DNA from: an uncultured Chloroflexota bacterium
Lineage (GTDB): Bacteria; Chloroflexota; UBA11872
Reading direction: 5' to 3'
Length of the DNA stretch: 64,000 bases
Assembly (NCBI GenBank): GCA_964422795.1
Contig: CAYRCL010000010.1
Span: forward strand, 8,765 to 72,764
Made by a program: the position numbers and the translations under genes. The notes beneath the pieces are model-generated. The model had not been told where the DNA came from, made no database searches, and saw nothing but the letters and a program-made list of their open reading frames with translations. Shown here one piece after another: positions 45,974-56,435 of the stretch. The first letter of the stretch is position 1, and the number at the start of each line of letters is the position of its first letter.

Positions 45974-47185
45974 ATGGACTTAAGCGCGCGCTACAGCCCC
46001 GTTGCCCGGTCAATGAGCGATAACCCCTTGAGGCCCAATTGGGCGATGCAACGTCCTGGGGTGATCAGTCTGGCTTATGGATTTCCAGACGAAGGTAGTT
46101 TTCCCTTCGACGGATTGGCGATTGCTACGTCGAAGCTAATGGCGTCCCGTACGAGCGAGGCACTGCAATATGGTCCTGTATCCGGACCTGAACCTCTCCG
46201 CCTAATTATCGCCGATTGGGTGAACCAGACTGAGGGGTTAGGTGTTAGCGCGGACAACATCATGATTACGAGTGGAGCATCGCAGGCGATAGTCCTTGCG
46301 ACACGTCTACTGGTTCCCGTCGGTGCAACCGTCATAGTTGAGTCGCCAACATTTATTGGAGCGCTCTGGTTCTTGCGTGGACTAGGGGTTGATGTACGAG
46401 GCGTGGAAACTGATAGCCGAGGAATAATCCCGTCAGAATTACGGGATCTGGTCGTTCGTCTGCGTGCTGAAGGATCCGAAGTATCACTTGTATACACCAT
46501 GCCCACTGTTCATAACCCAATTGGGTTTAATGCTCCTTTGGATCGGCGCCAGGAGCTGGTTCAGGTAGCGGATGAGATGGATTTATTGTTTCTTGAAGAT
46601 GATGCGTATGGCGATTTGATTTATGACGGTGATCGTCCACGCTCACTGTATTCAATAGCTGGTTCAGAACGAGTGATCAAGCTTGGAACTTTGTCCAAAC
46701 TTGTTGCTGGGGGTATGCGGCTTGGTTGGGCAATCGCTGAGCCTAATGACATCTCGCGTATGTGCGCGCTGAAGGCGGACAATGCGACCGGTCCGTTTGC
46801 AGCTTGGGTGACCGCGTCTTATCTCCAGAGTGGTGCTTTGATGGAACGCTTACCGAACTTGCGTGAGCTGTATCGATCGCGAAGAGATGCCATGATTCAG
46901 GAACTCAGACCGTTACGGGAGTTGGGGTGTACTTGGCTTGAACCCGCTGGAGGTTTCTTTGTCTGGCTTCGCTTGCCGAATGGAATTGATAGCGAGGCGA
47001 TGCGAGAGCGTGCTGAAGAGAGAGGCGTTACCTATCTTTCAGGACAGCATTGCTTCGCCGATCAAGTCGATCGTAAGCATATCCGGCTGGCTTTCAGTTA
47101 CTTAGAAGAGCAGGAACTTCGGACTGGTATACGACGATTAATCGAGACAATCCGGTCAGAGGTTCGATCGGCAGTTTCAGCGTAG
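45974..47185 (+). CDS. PLP-dependent aminotransferase (class I/II, aminoadipate/MocR-catalytic-domain-like)
   Basis: About 403 aa from ATG 45974. YGPVSGPEPLR, NPIGF, LEDDAYGDL, GTLSKLVAGGMRLGW (PLP lysine). Confidence 0.8.
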   Translation: MDLSARYSPVARSMSDNPLRPNWAMQRPGVISLAYGFPDEGSFPFDGLAIATSKLMASRTSEALQYGPVSGPEPLRLIIADWVNQTEGLGVSADNIMITSGASQAIVLATRLLVPVGATVIVESPTFIGALWFLRGLGVDVRGVETDSRGIIPSELRDLVVRLRAEGSEVSLVYTMPTVHNPIGFNAPLDRRQELVQVADEMDLLFLEDDAYGDLIYDGDRPRSLYSIAGSERVIKLGTLSKLVAGGMRLGWAIAEPNDISRMCALKADNATGPFAAWVTASYLQSGALMERLPNLRELYRSRRDAMIQELRPLRELGCTWLEPAGGFFVWLRLPNGIDSEAMRERAEERGVTYLSGQHCFADQVDRKHIRLAFSYLEEQELRTGIRRLIETIRSEVRSAVSA

Positions 47186-47200
47186 CTGCAGCCCGAATGG

Positions 47201-48211
47201 CTATGTGTGATGTGGTGGCGGTTCGGCGGTCCATTTCATTGCTGCAGCTGCCCAGGCGAGGCCTGCACCGAAGCCAACCACTATGACATGATCCTCGGCG
47301 TGCAGCTTCCCTTCCTCTACGGCTTCACACAGCGCGATCGGGATTGATCCTGCTGATGTGTTTCCGTATCGATCCGCATTTACATACACACGGTCCATAG
47401 GGATTCCGGTGCCACGGGCAGCTGACTCGATAATGCGCAAATTCGCTTGGTGAGGGATGAAAAGGTCAATGTCATCAGGAACTAGACCAGCGCTAGAGAT
47501 CACGCCCTTTGCGGACGCTGCAGTGGTAGTGACTGCGAACTTATAGACTTCACGGCCGTTCATACGCAGATAGTGCTTGCCAGTTTCGAGTGTTTCTGTG
47601 GAGGCTGGTTGCTGACTTCCTCCAGCTTCCTGTATGAGGAGAGAAGACCCCGATCCGTCGGATCCAAGTGACATGCTTAGGATTCCACTTCCATAGTCAG
47701 TTGCTTGCATGACTACGGCACCGGCGCCGTCTCCAAATAACACACAGGTTGATCGATCGGTCCAATCCACTATACGAGAGAGGGTGTCGGCCCCGATCAG
47801 AAGAATAGTCTGGTGTGTTCCACATTCGATGAAACTGCGGGCTACAGCCATGCCGTAGACAAATCCAGCGCAGGCCGCGTTTAGGTCGAAGGCCCCAGCA
47901 TTTCGGGCGCCGAGAGCGTTTTGGACTAGATTGGCTGTGGCGGGAAGTCCATATTCTGGGGTCGTTGTAGCTACGATGATTAGGTCCACTGCGTCACTAC
48001 TAAGATTGGCGTTCTGCAAGGCTTGTTCGGCGGCGCCCAGCGCCAAAGTAAAGGTCGATTCGTCTTCTGAAGCGATACGTCGCTCACGGATTCCTGTGCG
48101 TGAGACAATCCATTCATCTGTTGTGTCAATCATCCGCTCGAGATCGTGGTTCGTCCGGACGTTGTTAGGGACAGCCATACCGCAGCTGATGATGGTCGCA
48201 GCGTGACTCAC
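47201..48211 (-). CDS. fabH: 3-oxoacyl-ACP synthase III
   Basis: NAACAGFVYG (Cys), PHQANLRI (His), YGNTSAGSIP (Asn). Confidence 0.93.
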   Translation of the reverse strand: MSHAATIISCGMAVPNNVRTNHDLERMIDTTDEWIVSRTGIRERRIASEDESTFTLALGAAEQALQNANLSSDAVDLIIVATTTPEYGLPATANLVQNALGARNAGAFDLNAACAGFVYGMAVARSFIECGTHQTILLIGADTLSRIVDWTDRSTCVLFGDGAGAVVMQATDYGSGILSMSLGSDGSGSSLLIQEAGGSQQPASTETLETGKHYLRMNGREVYKFAVTTTAASAKGVISSAGLVPDDIDLFIPHQANLRIIESAARGTGIPMDRVYVNADRYGNTSAGSIPIALCEAVEEGKLHAEDHVIVVGFGAGLAWAAAAMKWTAEPPPHHT

Positions 48212-48417
48212 ACAAGACTCCGATGTTTGTCAGACGGGGTACCCATATCGTAAAAGCATAACGGGCCGGTGTAGGTGTGTTGAAAACAAGTTGGAGTCTT
48301 ATTGCCTATCGGACAACCATGGTTCAGATTTTCTTGTGGGCTAATCGTAGTGTCTCCGCTGATACACTCGATTCGGTAACAATGTGCCCTCACGATGGGT
48401 GAGTGGTCGGAGGCTGT

Positions 48418-49653
48418 ATGGCGGATCGCGTCGTCGTTACTGGGATGGGTGCCGTTACGCCGTTGGGTCTAAATGTTGAAGACACGTGGCAAGCCACTTG
48501 TTCGGGTGAGAATGGGATCGGTCCGATCACCTCCTTCGATGCAACGGAATTCAGTTGTTCAATAGCTGCTGAGGTAAAAGATTTTGACGCGGATGCTTAC
48601 TTGGGACGTAAACAGGCCCGTCGAACCGATAGATTTTCTCAGTTTGCGCTCGTTGCGGCACGCGAAGCAGTTGCGGATGCAGCTCTTGAAATCACGGATG
48701 ACAACCGTAGTGAAATCGGTTGTTACATCGGTAGCGGTATTGGAGGGCTCTTGGTCCTAGAGCAGGAAGTTCATGTGCTTCGGGACCGTGGACCTTCACG
48801 AGTGTCGCCGTTTATGATTCCAGAGATCATCGCGAATATGGCGTCTGGATTGGTTGCGATCGATCAACGTGTAGAAGGTCCAAATATTGCCATTGTTAGC
48901 GCTTGTGCAAGTGGAGCGCATTCGATTGGCGAGGCAACGGCTGCGATTCAACGTGGTGCTGCTGCTGTCATGCTGGCTGGCGGTGCAGAGGCTGCGATAG
49001 GGCCGATAGGCTTGGCGGGGTTTTGTGCTGGACGCGCTCTTACGACCCGAAACGATGATTTCGGGCATGCCTCACGACCCTTTGATCGTGATCGAGATGG
49101 TTTTGTGGCTGCCGAAGGGGCAGCGGTTCTCGTACTTGAGACGTATGAGCACGCGAAGAAGCGCGGTGCGAATATTCATGCAGAGATTGTTGGTTACGGC
49201 TTGAGTTCGGATGCTTTCCATATCACCCAACCACCTCGCGATGGCCATGGTGCTGCACGTGCGATGAATGGAGCACTTAAAGATGCTGGACTCACTCCAG
49301 AAGATATTGACTACATCAACGCGCATGGAACCTCGACGCCAGCAGGAGACTTGGCTGAAACAAACGCAATCAAGCAGGTGTTTGAACGGTCGAGTGCCTC
49401 AGTTCCTGTGAGTTCAACCAAGTCGATGATGGGGCATCTGATTGGAGCTGCTGGTGCTGTTGAATTGATGCTATGTATAAAGGCGATTCAATCTGGACTG
49501 ATACCGCCGACAACAAACTATGCGATTCCGGATCCTGAATGTGATCTCGATTATGTACCGAATGAGGCACGTGAAGTCCGTGTTTCTACAGCCATGTCAA
49601 ACAGCTTTGGATTCGGAGGCCACAACGCATCATTGATAGTACGCGGAGCGTAA
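48418..49653 (+). CDS. fabF: 3-oxoacyl-ACP synthase II
   Basis: [46 protein letters not shown]. Confidence 0.94.
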   Translation: MADRVVVTGMGAVTPLGLNVEDTWQATCSGENGIGPITSFDATEFSCSIAAEVKDFDADAYLGRKQARRTDRFSQFALVAAREAVADAALEITDDNRSEIGCYIGSGIGGLLVLEQEVHVLRDRGPSRVSPFMIPEIIANMASGLVAIDQRVEGPNIAIVSACASGAHSIGEATAAIQRGAAAVMLAGGAEAAIGPIGLAGFCAGRALTTRNDDFGHASRPFDRDRDGFVAAEGAAVLVLETYEHAKKRGANIHAEIVGYGLSSDAFHITQPPRDGHGAARAMNGALKDAGLTPEDIDYINAHGTSTPAGDLAETNAIKQVFERSSASVPVSSTKSMMGHLIGAAGAVELMLCIKAIQSGLIPPTTNYAIPDPECDLDYVPNEAREVRVSTAMSNSFGFGGHNASLIVRGA

Positions 49654-49684
49654 GTGTGACCTTTTCTTTGATGAGGCACGGCGA

Positions 49685-50140
49685 ATGAGTTCCTTCGTGG
49701 ATCGTTGGAAGCGGATACGTGGTGTTAGGGAGGCTATGCTGCGTTCAAACTTAATTGAGCTTGACGTCCGGATTGGCTCGGACCGGGTGGCAATACGGTG
49801 CCCGGAAATGAGGGGTCCGAAGTCTGAGTCAATAGTCCACACTGTGGGAAATCCAGCTCCGGTTCAGAAAGTGCCACGGGGAACAGCTGTGAAATCACCA
49901 CTTGCTGGGACATACTATGCCTCACTGAGTCCAGGTGCAGACCCTTTCGTCTGTGTGGGCGCACGAGTTTCGGAGGGCGACGTGATTGGTTTGGTGGAGG
50001 CGATGAAGGTGTTTAACGAGGTCACGTCTGACCAGACGGGTGAGGTCGTCGCTGTGCTTGTCGAGAGCGGGGACATCTTGTCGAATGGACAGACGATCAT
50101 CATTGTTGATACAGATGAGGCACAGGGTGGTATTCCTTAG
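49685..50140 (+). CDS. accB: biotin carboxyl carrier protein of acetyl-CoA carboxylase
   Basis: C-terminal biotinyl domain with the EAMKVFNEV motif. Confidence 0.88.
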   Translation: MSSFVDRWKRIRGVREAMLRSNLIELDVRIGSDRVAIRCPEMRGPKSESIVHTVGNPAPVQKVPRGTAVKSPLAGTYYASLSPGADPFVCVGARVSEGDVIGLVEAMKVFNEVTSDQTGEVVAVLVESGDILSNGQTIIIVDTDEAQGGIP

Positions 50141-50164
50141 CCTCTGATATTGAAGGGAGATTAG

Positions 50165-50806
50165 GTGGTTAACGCTCTGGCCGGTGCGAGGATCTCTGGT
50201 GTTGGTCGACAACAGATTCTTTCCGACGGTTTACTAATTGTCGTGTTTGCTTTGCTGATGATCCCGGCGGCTCAGGCCAAAATTGAGGCGGAGCCTGTTC
50301 CTTACACCTTGCAGGTTCTATTTGTTCTCCTGACTGGGTTGATTCTCGGCCCTTGGCGAGCGGCATCTTCGATGTCGCTATACGCGATCTTGGGCTTTGT
50401 AGGGCTTCCTGTTTTTGCTCGGGGCGGTGGACCTGCATACTTTTTGACTCCGACCGCTGGTTACATCTATGGCTTCATCGTCGCTGCGTTTGTGACCGGA
50501 ATGATGGTTCGAGTCTTGAATGAGCATTTTGCCGTTGACGAAAGAGGTAGTCGTGGTGTGATTCTGAGATTTCTAAGAGTCGATGTAGTCGCCGCGTTAG
50601 CCGGTGTACCATTTATCTATATCTTTGGCGTCAACCATCTGGCTCTTTACTATGTGTTGGCGACCGAGGAAGCAAACCCTTGGGGCCAAGCTTGGTCCTC
50701 GGGCGCAGGTATTTTCATCTGGTTCGATATCGTGAAGGCAGCCATTGCCGGTGCTCTGGTAAGCAGCGCCGGCATGAGAAGAGAGGAATTGAGTGGGAAT
50801 GGTTGA
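50165..50806 (+). CDS. bioY: biotin transporter BioY
   Basis: 213 aa membrane protein. VPYTLQVLFVLLTGLILGP and GLPVFARGGGPAYFLTPTAGYIYGF match BioY signatures. Confidence 0.85.
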   Translation: MVNALAGARISGVGRQQILSDGLLIVVFALLMIPAAQAKIEAEPVPYTLQVLFVLLTGLILGPWRAASSMSLYAILGFVGLPVFARGGGPAYFLTPTAGYIYGFIVAAFVTGMMVRVLNEHFAVDERGSRGVILRFLRVDVVAALAGVPFIYIFGVNHLALYYVLATEEANPWGQAWSSGAGIFIWFDIVKAAIAGALVSSAGMRREELSGNG

Positions 50807-51026
50807 GCGTGTAGTCCAAGTAGTGGCGGATAAGCTGGATGTTGAAGTCGATCAGATCACCCCTGAGTCTCGGTTCGTGGAGGATTTAAACGCAGATTCC
50901 CTCGATCAAGTCGAGCTAATCATGGCGTTGGAAGATGAATATGACATAACGATTCCTGATGAGGACGCGCAGAAGATTTTGACAATTACCGATGCGGTTT
51001 CATATATCGAAGCACACGGTAAGTAA
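50799..51026 (+). CDS. acpP: acyl carrier protein
   Basis: DLNADSLDQVELIMALE phosphopantetheine-Ser motif. ATG 50799 overlaps the bioY stop. Confidence 0.92.
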   Translation: MVERVVQVVADKLDVEVDQITPESRFVEDLNADSLDQVELIMALEDEYDITIPDEDAQKILTITDAVSYIEAHGK

Positions 51027-51202
51027 TTGAAGTCTTAGGTTGTCGTTAACCGGGTTGGTTTGATGTGATGGTAGACGGCTTAATGAACATTGTTCTAGGT
51101 GCTATAGCTTGATCGGGTGTTCCTGAATTACGCATCGTTCCGATCAGGACGCAAAATATTTGGATCGGCAGTTCACGATTGCGTGAATTGGTTGTGGGTA
51201 AT

Positions 51203-52690
51203 CTAGAGCAGGCTTGAACTAGCCGCGGCTTGGGCCCAGGTAATCAAACCGCCACCAAGGACCCCGAGTACTACAGTCGCAGCTGCGACGACAACAATTA
51301 CAGCTGAGTGCGAATCGGCTGTAAACACCGTGGCTTGGCGTGAATCCGATACAAGGGTTTCATCTGCGTTCGGGTCTTCCATGAACATAAGTACAACAAC
51401 ACGAAGATAGTAAAACGCGGAGAGCACCGATGTGGCTACGAGAATGACCGCAAGCCAACCTAGATCAGCATCGACGGCGGATTGAAGAAGATAGAGCTTT
51501 CCTAGGAAACCTGATAGTGGAGGTACGCCTGTCAATGCCAGCATGAAAATGGCCATAGCCACGGCTGGCAGCATCGCTCGATGGGCCAATCCGCGGAAGG
51601 CTTCGAGCGCATTGCTTCCTGTCTGGTTCTCCACAACATATGCGACTGCGAAGGCCCCAAAGGTCATAAACGCGTATACAAATCCATAAAAAAGGACTGA
51701 AGGAATACCGATAAATGTTGTTGTGTCGCCGGTCTGTTGGGTTGCTGCGACTCCAACAAGCATGTATCCAGTGTGCGCAATGCTGGAATATCCCAACAGC
51801 CGTTTTATGTCGGTTTGCGAGATAGCCACGAGATTTCCGACGATCATAGTGGCCGTGGCGATGATAGCTAACACCATGGCCGTGTTCGCTGCCACGGGTT
51901 CAAATGCCAAACTCACTACTCGGACAAGTAATGCCATTGCGGCTACCTTTGGACCGACGGACATGAAGGCTGCCGCGGGCGTCGGAGCACCTTGGTATGC
52001 ATCCGGTGTCCACGCGTGAAACGGTACTGCAGCTACTTTAAAGCCGAGGGCCACCAGGATTAATGCGACGGCGAAGAGGATCCATGCGTCATTACCGCGA
52101 TCTTTTACTTCGGCGGCGGTGGCAGCAAGATTTGTTGTGCCTGTTAAACCATAGCTCCACGCGATGCCATAAATCAGTATGGCTGACGCGAAGGCTCCGA
52201 GAACAAAGTATTTCATGGCGGCTTCGAGTGACACGCGTTGAAAGCGGGTGAGTCCGGCTAAGACATAGACGGGGATCGCCATGGTTTCGATGGCGATAAA
52301 GACGAGTGCCCAGTCTGCGGATCCAACGAGAAGCATCATGCCCAAGAGAGAGAATTCGATCAGCGCGGTGAAGTCACGAAGCGGAGCGGATGAAAACCGC
52401 TGAGCCCCGAAGGCAATAGCGAGCGAGGCCAAAATTAAGAAAAGTGTTCGGAAGAATGTGGAATAACCATCAATAACAAGTTGGCCTGCGAATACTTGGA
52501 TGGAAGTTTGATCGGCTGGCGTACGTGTCAGCATCAGCAGGGCAGCTAGTCCGTTGCCGGTGAGTGCCAAGCTGACACTCGCCCAGCGGTGATCGGCCCG
52601 ACTGATGGCGGCAAGGAGCAGTAGTGCGAGAGCTGTTCCCAGCACGACGATCTCAGGCAATACAAATCCAACATCAGTAGGTGTAATCAC
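51203..52690 (-). CDS. nuoN: NADH-quinone oxidoreductase subunit N
   Basis: 495 aa polytopic antiporter-like subunit, last gene of the nuo operon. Confidence 0.9.
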   Translation of the reverse strand: MITPTDVGFVLPEIVVLGTALALLLLAAISRADHRWASVSLALTGNGLAALLMLTRTPADQTSIQVFAGQLVIDGYSTFFRTLFLILASLAIAFGAQRFSSAPLRDFTALIEFSLLGMMLLVGSADWALVFIAIETMAIPVYVLAGLTRFQRVSLEAAMKYFVLGAFASAILIYGIAWSYGLTGTTNLAATAAEVKDRGNDAWILFAVALILVALGFKVAAVPFHAWTPDAYQGAPTPAAAFMSVGPKVAAMALLVRVVSLAFEPVAANTAMVLAIIATATMIVGNLVAISQTDIKRLLGYSSIAHTGYMLVGVAATQQTGDTTTFIGIPSVLFYGFVYAFMTFGAFAVAYVVENQTGSNALEAFRGLAHRAMLPAVAMAIFMLALTGVPPLSGFLGKLYLLQSAVDADLGWLAVILVATSVLSAFYYLRVVVLMFMEDPNADETLVSDSRQATVFTADSHSAVIVVVAAATVVLGVLGGGLITWAQAAASSSLL

Positions 52691-52693
52691 GGG

Positions 52694-54169
52694 CTACCCC
52701 ACGAGTCCGGCTGTGGTGGTGCTGACTAGCCGTACGAAAGTGTCTGGCATGATGCCAATCCAGATGACAGGAATTCCTAGAGCAATTAGGGTTCCAGTTT
52801 CGAGTCGAGTCATGTCTCCAACCGTACTCAATGTTTGATTTCGCAGGCGTCCAAGAACCACGCGTTGATACATCCAGAGCATGTAGGCGGCTGCCAGGAT
52901 CACGCCTATAGTTGCTAATACGCCCACCATTGTTGCGTATCCAAAAGCGCCGACTAGAACAAGGAATTCTCCAACAAACCCACTTAATGTTGGTAAGCCG
53001 AGGGAGGCCAACATGAAGAAACCAAACAGTGCGGCGTACAGAGGCATACGAGGTGCGAGACCTCCAAGTTCATTGATCTGGCGGGTGTGAGCGCGTTCGT
53101 AGATTATGCCTACGGCAAAGAAAAGTGCGGGGCTGATCAGTCCGTGGCTGAGCATCTGGATAAGAGCTCCATCAATTCCTGTTTGCGATCCGGTGAATAT
53201 TCCGAGCGTCACGAACCCCATATGGCTCACACTGGAATAGGCCACGAGTTTCTTGAGATCGGGTTGGACCATCGCAACTAGAGCACCATAGATGATGGCT
53301 GCAAGCGACAGAATGATCATTAGGCCACGCATCTCGTCTAGAGCAGCTGGTGTCATGGGGAGTAAGAACCGCAAGAAGCCATAGGCTCCCATCTTTAGCA
53401 ATACGCCCGCGAGTACCATGCTTCCAGCTGTTGGCGCTTCAACATGAGCGTCCGGTAGCCAAGTGTGGAATGGAAACATAGGAACCTTGATCGCAAAGGC
53501 AAAGAAGAAAGCTACAAAGACCCAGCGCTGCAAGATGATCGGAGCATCCGTCATGTGCTCAGGAATGGATTCAATATCGAACGTGCCGGTGTTGAGACGG
53601 ATGGCGATAATTGCGATGAGCATCAATACACTGCCCGCGAACGTATACAGGAAGAATTTAACGGTGGCGTAGACTCTGCGCTCGTGACCCCAAACGCCGA
53701 TCAACAGATACATCGGGATGAGAACCATTTCCCAAAAGACGTAGAAAAGGATGAAGTCAAGTGCCACAAACACGCCGAGCATTGCGGTCTGGAGCACCAT
53801 TAGGGAGACAAAGAATTCACGTTCACGTTTGCGGATGGTCATCCAACCTGTAGCGACGATCAGGGGGCCGAGAATCCCGGTGAGTAGCACCATCAAAGCT
53901 GACACGCCGTCGACCCCGAGCTTGTAGGAGATGCCTAGCGCTGGAATCCACTCAGCGGACTCCACAAACTGATAGCCCACCGCGGTTCGGTCAAAGGTGA
54001 TCGTAACGAAGATTGCAATCACAGCCTGCGCTAGGCTTCCCGCCAGTGCGCCCAGTGTGATTGTATTCCGACTCCGGGCGAGCAAGATTACGGGAAGTCC
54101 GATTAACAGGGGAAGCCACAACCCTAGGGATAGGATTGGGAAATCGAGGGCGGCTTCACCCGTAGTCAT
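52694..54169 (-). CDS. nuoM: NADH-quinone oxidoreductase subunit M
   Basis: 491 aa antiporter-like subunit (FPFHTWLPDAHVEAPTAGS). Confidence 0.92.
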   Translation of the reverse strand: MTTGEAALDFPILSLGLWLPLLIGLPVILLARSRNTITLGALAGSLAQAVIAIFVTITFDRTAVGYQFVESAEWIPALGISYKLGVDGVSALMVLLTGILGPLIVATGWMTIRKREREFFVSLMVLQTAMLGVFVALDFILFYVFWEMVLIPMYLLIGVWGHERRVYATVKFFLYTFAGSVLMLIAIIAIRLNTGTFDIESIPEHMTDAPIILQRWVFVAFFFAFAIKVPMFPFHTWLPDAHVEAPTAGSMVLAGVLLKMGAYGFLRFLLPMTPAALDEMRGLMIILSLAAIIYGALVAMVQPDLKKLVAYSSVSHMGFVTLGIFTGSQTGIDGALIQMLSHGLISPALFFAVGIIYERAHTRQINELGGLAPRMPLYAALFGFFMLASLGLPTLSGFVGEFLVLVGAFGYATMVGVLATIGVILAAAYMLWMYQRVVLGRLRNQTLSTVGDMTRLETGTLIALGIPVIWIGIMPDTFVRLVSTTTAGLVG

Positions 54170-54176
54170 GAGAGGC

Positions 54177-56105
54177 TCACCGGAACAGCACCAAGCCGCC
54201 GATCATTAGCACTAACCCGATAACCATCGAAAGCGCGTAATGTTGTAGTTGGCCCGTCTGAAGCTTTCGGGTCTGAGCACTCAGAATTCTGGAGAGCTTG
54301 CCAACCCCGTTGACGATTCCATCCACCAGCGCGACGTCGAAACCCCAAGAAAGCATTGCAACGGCTTTAGTCATCGCAACGATGAGTCCGTCGCCAATAT
54401 GGTCCATATACCACTTCTGTCGAAACAGTGTCTGGGCGCCGGGGAATATTGATCGTGCGAATACGGGTATACGTACGCCGAATCCGTAGGCACTAATTGC
54501 GATAGAAAGCCCGCCCAGAGCAACCACGGTTGAAATTAATGCCAGCTGTAGTGTTGGGGGTGTGCCTGCACCTTCCAAGTGAACAATTGCGGCCACGGGT
54601 TTGAGGTACTCATGAATGAATCCATGTTCTGGTGGGATTCCGAGGGCGGCACCACCTCCGATAGCTCCGACAGCTAGGGCAACAAGAGGAAGAGTCATGA
54701 TCCACGGAGACTCGTGTGCATGGGCATGGAGGTCTGCGTTGCGTGGTGTGCCGTGGAATGTTTTCAGAATCATGCGGAATGTATACGTTGCGGTCATGAT
54801 CGAGACGGCCAGACCCGTCGCGAAAAAGAGCCAATAAATCGTTGCTCCATGGTCGGTTGTCAGGGTGCTGCCTGCATCAGCTGTGGCTTTCATGAATGTG
54901 CTCGTAAGAATCTCATCCTTGCTCCAAAAGCCAGCGAGGGGAAAGATCGCTGCCAGCGCTAGTCCGCCAGTGAGAAACGTTACGTAAGTCACGGGTAGCT
55001 TCCGCCAGAGCCCACCCATCTGGCGCATGTCCTGCTCGTCGTTGAGTGCGTGAATGACGCTGCCTGATCCGAGAAACAAGAGGGCTTTAAAGAATGCATG
55101 TGTAGCAAGGTGAAAGATAGCTACGGGATAGGCGCCGGCTCCGATAGCTAGAAACATAAGCCCGAGTTGGCTGACGGTTGAATATGCGAGCACGCGCTTA
55201 ATATCAGTCTGGACCAAGGCAATTGTTGCGGCCATGAATGCTGTGAATGTCCCAACCGCCGCGATCAGGAGAAGTGCCTCGGGGGATAGGGAGTACAGAG
55301 GGTTCATCCGAACCACGAGGTAAACCCCGGCGGTGACCATCGTTGCGGCATGAATGAGAGCACTAACCGGTGTCGGGCCTTCCATCGCATCCGGAAGCCA
55401 GACATGTAATGGGAATTGAGCTGACTTGCCCATTGCTCCGACAAATAGCAATAAAGCAATTGCAGTCACCATACCGCTGTCAGCGGTTTGAAGGTTGGCA
55501 AAGATTTCTCGATAACGCAGCGTTCCAAACTCATGGAAGGCGAGAATGATCCCTATCGCGAAGCCAAAGTCCCCAATGCGATTCACCAGGAAGGCTTTGG
55601 TTGCAGCTGCGTTTGCACTATCGCGCTCGTACCAATAGCCGATTAGGAGGTAGGAGCAGAGCCCGACCATTTCCCAGAAGACAAAGAGCTGGAGCAGGTT
55701 GTCTGAGATGACCAGCATGACCATGCTGAAGACGAAGAGCGGAATCCACGTAAAAAACCGACCTTGGTTGGTGTCATGGGCCATGTAACCCATGGCATAC
55801 AGGGAGACGAGTGTGCTCACCCCGGTAACCACCAGCAGCATGACGATTGTGAGCGCGTCTGTGAGAAAGGCAATTTCGATGTTGAAGCTGCCGCTCGAGA
55901 TCCATTGGTAAAGCACAGCCTCGTTATGGTCCGATCCCGTGCTTTGAATCCATAGAACTACAGTTGCGACGAACGAACCGGCGATGGCTAGGGTTGAACA
56001 CCAACCATATCGACGATATTGGAGCTGGTTCGTTGGCCGATGGAGACCATTCAAGGCAAAGCCTAGTAAAGGTATGAGCGGGATTATCCACGGAGCGCTT
56101 AGCAT
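54177..56105 (-). CDS. nuoL: NADH-quinone oxidoreductase subunit L
   Basis: 642 aa antiporter-like subunit (FPLHVWLPDAMEGPTPVSALIHAATMV) with the long C-terminal extension typical of NuoL. Confidence 0.93.
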   Translation of the reverse strand: MLSAPWIIPLIPLLGFALNGLHRPTNQLQYRRYGWCSTLAIAGSFVATVVLWIQSTGSDHNEAVLYQWISSGSFNIEIAFLTDALTIVMLLVVTGVSTLVSLYAMGYMAHDTNQGRFFTWIPLFVFSMVMLVISDNLLQLFVFWEMVGLCSYLLIGYWYERDSANAAATKAFLVNRIGDFGFAIGIILAFHEFGTLRYREIFANLQTADSGMVTAIALLLFVGAMGKSAQFPLHVWLPDAMEGPTPVSALIHAATMVTAGVYLVVRMNPLYSLSPEALLLIAAVGTFTAFMAATIALVQTDIKRVLAYSTVSQLGLMFLAIGAGAYPVAIFHLATHAFFKALLFLGSGSVIHALNDEQDMRQMGGLWRKLPVTYVTFLTGGLALAAIFPLAGFWSKDEILTSTFMKATADAGSTLTTDHGATIYWLFFATGLAVSIMTATYTFRMILKTFHGTPRNADLHAHAHESPWIMTLPLVALAVGAIGGGAALGIPPEHGFIHEYLKPVAAIVHLEGAGTPPTLQLALISTVVALGGLSIAISAYGFGVRIPVFARSIFPGAQTLFRQKWYMDHIGDGLIVAMTKAVAMLSWGFDVALVDGIVNGVGKLSRILSAQTRKLQTGQLQHYALSMVIGLVLMIGGLVLFR

Positions 56106-56135
56106 TGGTGAAGGGGCTTCGTTAGGGGAGTTTGG

Positions 56136-56435
56136 TTAGCCACGTAGGCTGTCCAGTTGATCGACATTGACCACGGCGTTTACACGACTTAACGCTACGA
56201 GAATTGCAAGACCAATTGCTACTTCAGCGGCTGCGACTGTGATTGAAAACACCACGAGCACAAACCCAGCTTGATCGTCCAGGAATCTCGAAAATGCGGC
56301 CAATGTGACATTGGCTCCCTGCAGCATGAGTTCGATCGACATCAACATTACGATGGCATTGCGACGAACCAATACGCCGAGAGTGCCCAGCGAGAAGAGC
56401 AGGGCACCTACAACAAGGAAACCATTTAATGTCAT
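56136..56435 (-). CDS. nuoK: NADH-quinone oxidoreductase subunit K
   Basis: 99 aa, three TM segments, MLMSIELMLQGAN and AAAEVAIGLAI motifs. Confidence 0.93.
   Translation of the reverse strand: MTLNGFLVVGALLFSLGTLGVLVRRNAIVMLMSIELMLQGANVTLAAFSRFLDDQAGFVLVVFSITVAAAEVAIGLAILVALSRVNAVVNVDQLDSLRG

Noticed and set aside
51027-51202. Hairpins between convergent acpP and nuoN (TTCACG-ATTG-CGTGAA at 51172-51187; GATCGG/CCGATC/GATCGG triplet at 51111-51168) as intrinsic terminators
   Set aside because: The stems are real but short, and none is followed by a U-tract on either strand. Possibly a bidirectional pause/terminator region, but the support is insufficient to annotate.
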